Shown piece after piece: positions 61,951 to 64,000 of a stretch of DNA of 64,000 bases. Made by a program: the position numbers and the translations under genes. Each line of letters begins with the position of its first letter. The first letter of the stretch is position 1. The DNA is from Thermococcus sp. JdFR-02. GTDB lineage: Archaea > Methanobacteriota_B > Thermococci > Thermococcales > Thermococcaceae. The notes under the pieces were generated by a model. The model was given only the letters and a program-made list of their open reading frames with translations, was not told the DNA's origin and searched no databases. The DNA is taken from NCBI GenBank assembly GCA_002009975.1, contig MTLP01000042.1, positions 256,001 to 320,000 on the forward strand, written 5' to 3'.

Positions 61951-63282
61951 ATGCCTGAAAAGTTTGAGATATACGACAGATATATAGATAAGAGCTATAC
62001 ACCCAACTTAGAGAAAGATGTAATAGCAATTTTTAGAATCAAGCCTGCAGAAGGATTTACAATTGAAGCTGCTGCTGGTGGGGTTGCTGCTGAGAGTAGT
62101 ACTGGAACATGGACAAGCCTCACTCCCTGGCATGACATAGAGAGAGTTAGAAAGTTATCTGCTAAAGCTTACTACTTCCATGATATGGGCGACGGTTCTT
62201 GGATTGTGAAAATAGCTTATCCAGTTGATCTTTTTGAGGAAGGCAACTTACCCGGACTTCTTGCTTCAATTGCTGGAAATGTCTTTGGAATGAAGAGAGT
62301 TGCTGGGCTTCGCCTAGAGGATATATACTTCCCAAAGAAGTTTCTTAAGAACTTCAAAGGTCCAAGTAAAGGAAGAGAGGGTGTTAAAAAGATTTTTGGC
62401 ATAAAAGACAGACCTATAGTTGGAACAGTTCCCAAGCCCAAGGTTGGATATTCACCGAAAGAAGTTGAAAAACTCGCCTACGAACTGCTCAGCGGCGGAA
62501 TGGACTACATCAAGGATGACGAAAATCTCACAAGCCCCGATTACTGCACCTTTGAGAAGAGGGCTGAGAAGATAATGAAGGTCATTGAGAAGGTCGAAAA
62601 CGAGACTGGAGAAAAAAAGGTATGGTTTGCCAACATCACAGCTGATGTGAGAGAGATGGAAAAGCGCCTAAAGCTCGTCGCAGATTATGGAAACCCCTAT
62701 GTGATGGTCGATGTAGTTGTTACTGGATGGGGAGCTTTAGAGTACATTAGGGATTTAGCTGAAGATCATGGTCTAGCTATACATGCCCATAGGGCAATGC
62801 ATGCCGCCTTTACAAGGGACCCCTACCATGGTATATCGATGTATGTTCTTGCGAAGCTTTATAGAATAATTGGTGTTGATCAGCTTCACGTTGGAACAGC
62901 TGGTGTCGGTAAACTTGAAGGTGGAAAGTGGGAAGTTATACAGTTTGCAAGGGTATTCCGTGAGGAGCACTATGTTCCAGAGGAAAACGATGTTTTCCAT
63001 CTTGAACAGAAATTCCACCATATAAAGCCGGGAATACCCGTCAGTTCGGGTGGACTGCATCCAGGCAATCTTCCGGGAGTTATAGATGCCCTCGGAACTG
63101 ACATAGTTCTCCAGATTGGAGGAGGAACCCTTGGTCATCCAGACGGACCAAGGGCTGGAGCGATAGCCGTTAGACAAGCTCTTGATGCTATTATAAGAGG
63201 CATTCCTCTCGATGAGTATGCAAAGACCCATAAAGAGCTTGCAAGGGCTCTTGAAAAATGGGGATTCGTGACACCAATTTGA
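61951..63282 (+). CDS. rbcL: Form III ribulose-1,5-bisphosphate carboxylase
   Basis: AAESSTGTWT, GNVFGMK, KPKVG, catalytic DYIKDDENL, HAHRAMH, GKLEG, SSGGLH, GGGTLGHP. Confidence 0.95.
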   Translation: MPEKFEIYDRYIDKSYTPNLEKDVIAIFRIKPAEGFTIEAAAGGVAAESSTGTWTSLTPWHDIERVRKLSAKAYYFHDMGDGSWIVKIAYPVDLFEEGNLPGLLASIAGNVFGMKRVAGLRLEDIYFPKKFLKNFKGPSKGREGVKKIFGIKDRPIVGTVPKPKVGYSPKEVEKLAYELLSGGMDYIKDDENLTSPDYCTFEKRAEKIMKVIEKVENETGEKKVWFANITADVREMEKRLKLVADYGNPYVMVDVVVTGWGALEYIRDLAEDHGLAIHAHRAMHAAFTRDPYHGISMYVLAKLYRIIGVDQLHVGTAGVGKLEGGKWEVIQFARVFREEHYVPEENDVFHLEQKFHHIKPGIPVSSGGLHPGNLPGVIDALGTDIVLQIGGGTLGHPDGPRAGAIAVRQALDAIIRGIPLDEYAKTHKELARALEKWGFVTPI

Positions 63283-63434
63283 TTCGTTTTTTCTTTCTCC
63301 TTTCTAAATGTTTAGAGGCGTTATAAAAGGAACACATAACTTTCCAACATTCTCCACCACAATTTGCCTTTCTGTCAAGTTTTCGAAGGCAAGAAGTTTT
63401 AACCACCTCAAACATTTTGATATTGGTGAGTATC

Positions 63435-64000
63435 ATGCATCCAGAGGGTTTCTTAGAAGTCATTACTGGTCCCATGTTTGCTGGAAAAACAACCGAACTC
63501 ATAAAGAGAATTGAGCGCCAAATTTTTGCAAAAAGGAAAGCGGCTTTGTTTAAGCCTTCAATTGACAATAGATACAGCCAGAGTGAAGTGGTCGCACATA
63601 ATGGGTTAAGATACGAAGCTTTTGTAATCCCGACTACTGATGAAGGAGTAAACAGGATTTATGAGATAACTATGAAAGAAGGTTTTGAGGTTATAGGCGT
63701 TGATGAGGTTCAATTCTTCCCGCCTTCGATTGTTGAAATGCTCAATAAATTAGCCGATGAAGGAATATATGTTATTGCTGCTGGGCTTAATTTGGATTTT
63801 AAGGGAGATCCTTTCGAAGTTACTAAAGAGCTTTTAGTCAAAGCAGACAACATAGTTTATCTAACCGCAATATGCACTGTTTGTGGAGCTCCAGCAACAA
63901 GAAGTCAAAGATTGATAGATGGGAAGCCAGCTCCAAGAGATTCACCTATTATATTAGTTGGAGGACTGGAGAGCTATGAGGCTCGGTGCAGAAAACACCA
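63435..64000 (+). CDS. tdk: Thymidine kinase (3' truncated; absent from ORF track)
   Basis: MHPEGFLEVITGPMFAGKTTEL, KPSIDNRY, IGVDEVQF, AGLNLDFKGDPF, AICTVCG..ATRSQR, YEARCRKH. Confidence 0.93.
   Translation, partial: MHPEGFLEVITGPMFAGKTTELIKRIERQIFAKRKAALFKPSIDNRYSQSEVVAHNGLRYEAFVIPTTDEGVNRIYEITMKEGFEVIGVDEVQFFPPSIVEMLNKLADEGIYVIAAGLNLDFKGDPFEVTKELLVKADNIVYLTAICTVCGAPATRSQRLIDGKPAPRDSPIILVGGLESYEARCRKH

Overview
This is a gene-dense, AT-rich archaeal chromosomal window with clear Thermococcales character: reverse gyrase, TrmBL2, histone, TFB, fused HPS-PHI, form III RuBisCO, and DUF835 and DUF257 proteins. Most of it is housekeeping (valS, rgy, trm1, trm5b, rpl35Ae, coaBC, uppS, pepQ, TIP49, gar1-tfb, tdk). 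It also holds tRNA-Glu(TTC), a fluoride riboswitch heading a four-gene crcB operon, and a probable unannotated box C/D sRNA. The left 17 kb is accessory. It carries a DUF234 ATPase and an AlbA_2/HATPase/HTH gene, each with operator-like repeats, plus a decayed duplicate of a chelatase 3' end and a possible IS200/IS605 end scar. The main hunt result is a six-gene operon: double-domain siderophore/tetrapyrrole-type ABC importer, gate-domain membrane protein, Cys-rich CobN-like chelatase and His-rich ChlI/D. Its promoter has a perfect long SurR motif upstream and a NikR-like palindrome at the predicted transcription start. I infer, untested, a nickel-acquisition (possibly metallo-tetrapyrrole dechelation) system. 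Other leads are a CRISPR-independent CARF+PIN pair, a degenerate FtsZ-like protein and three small ORFs missed by the ORF track. All calls come from reading motifs by eye; no database searches were run.
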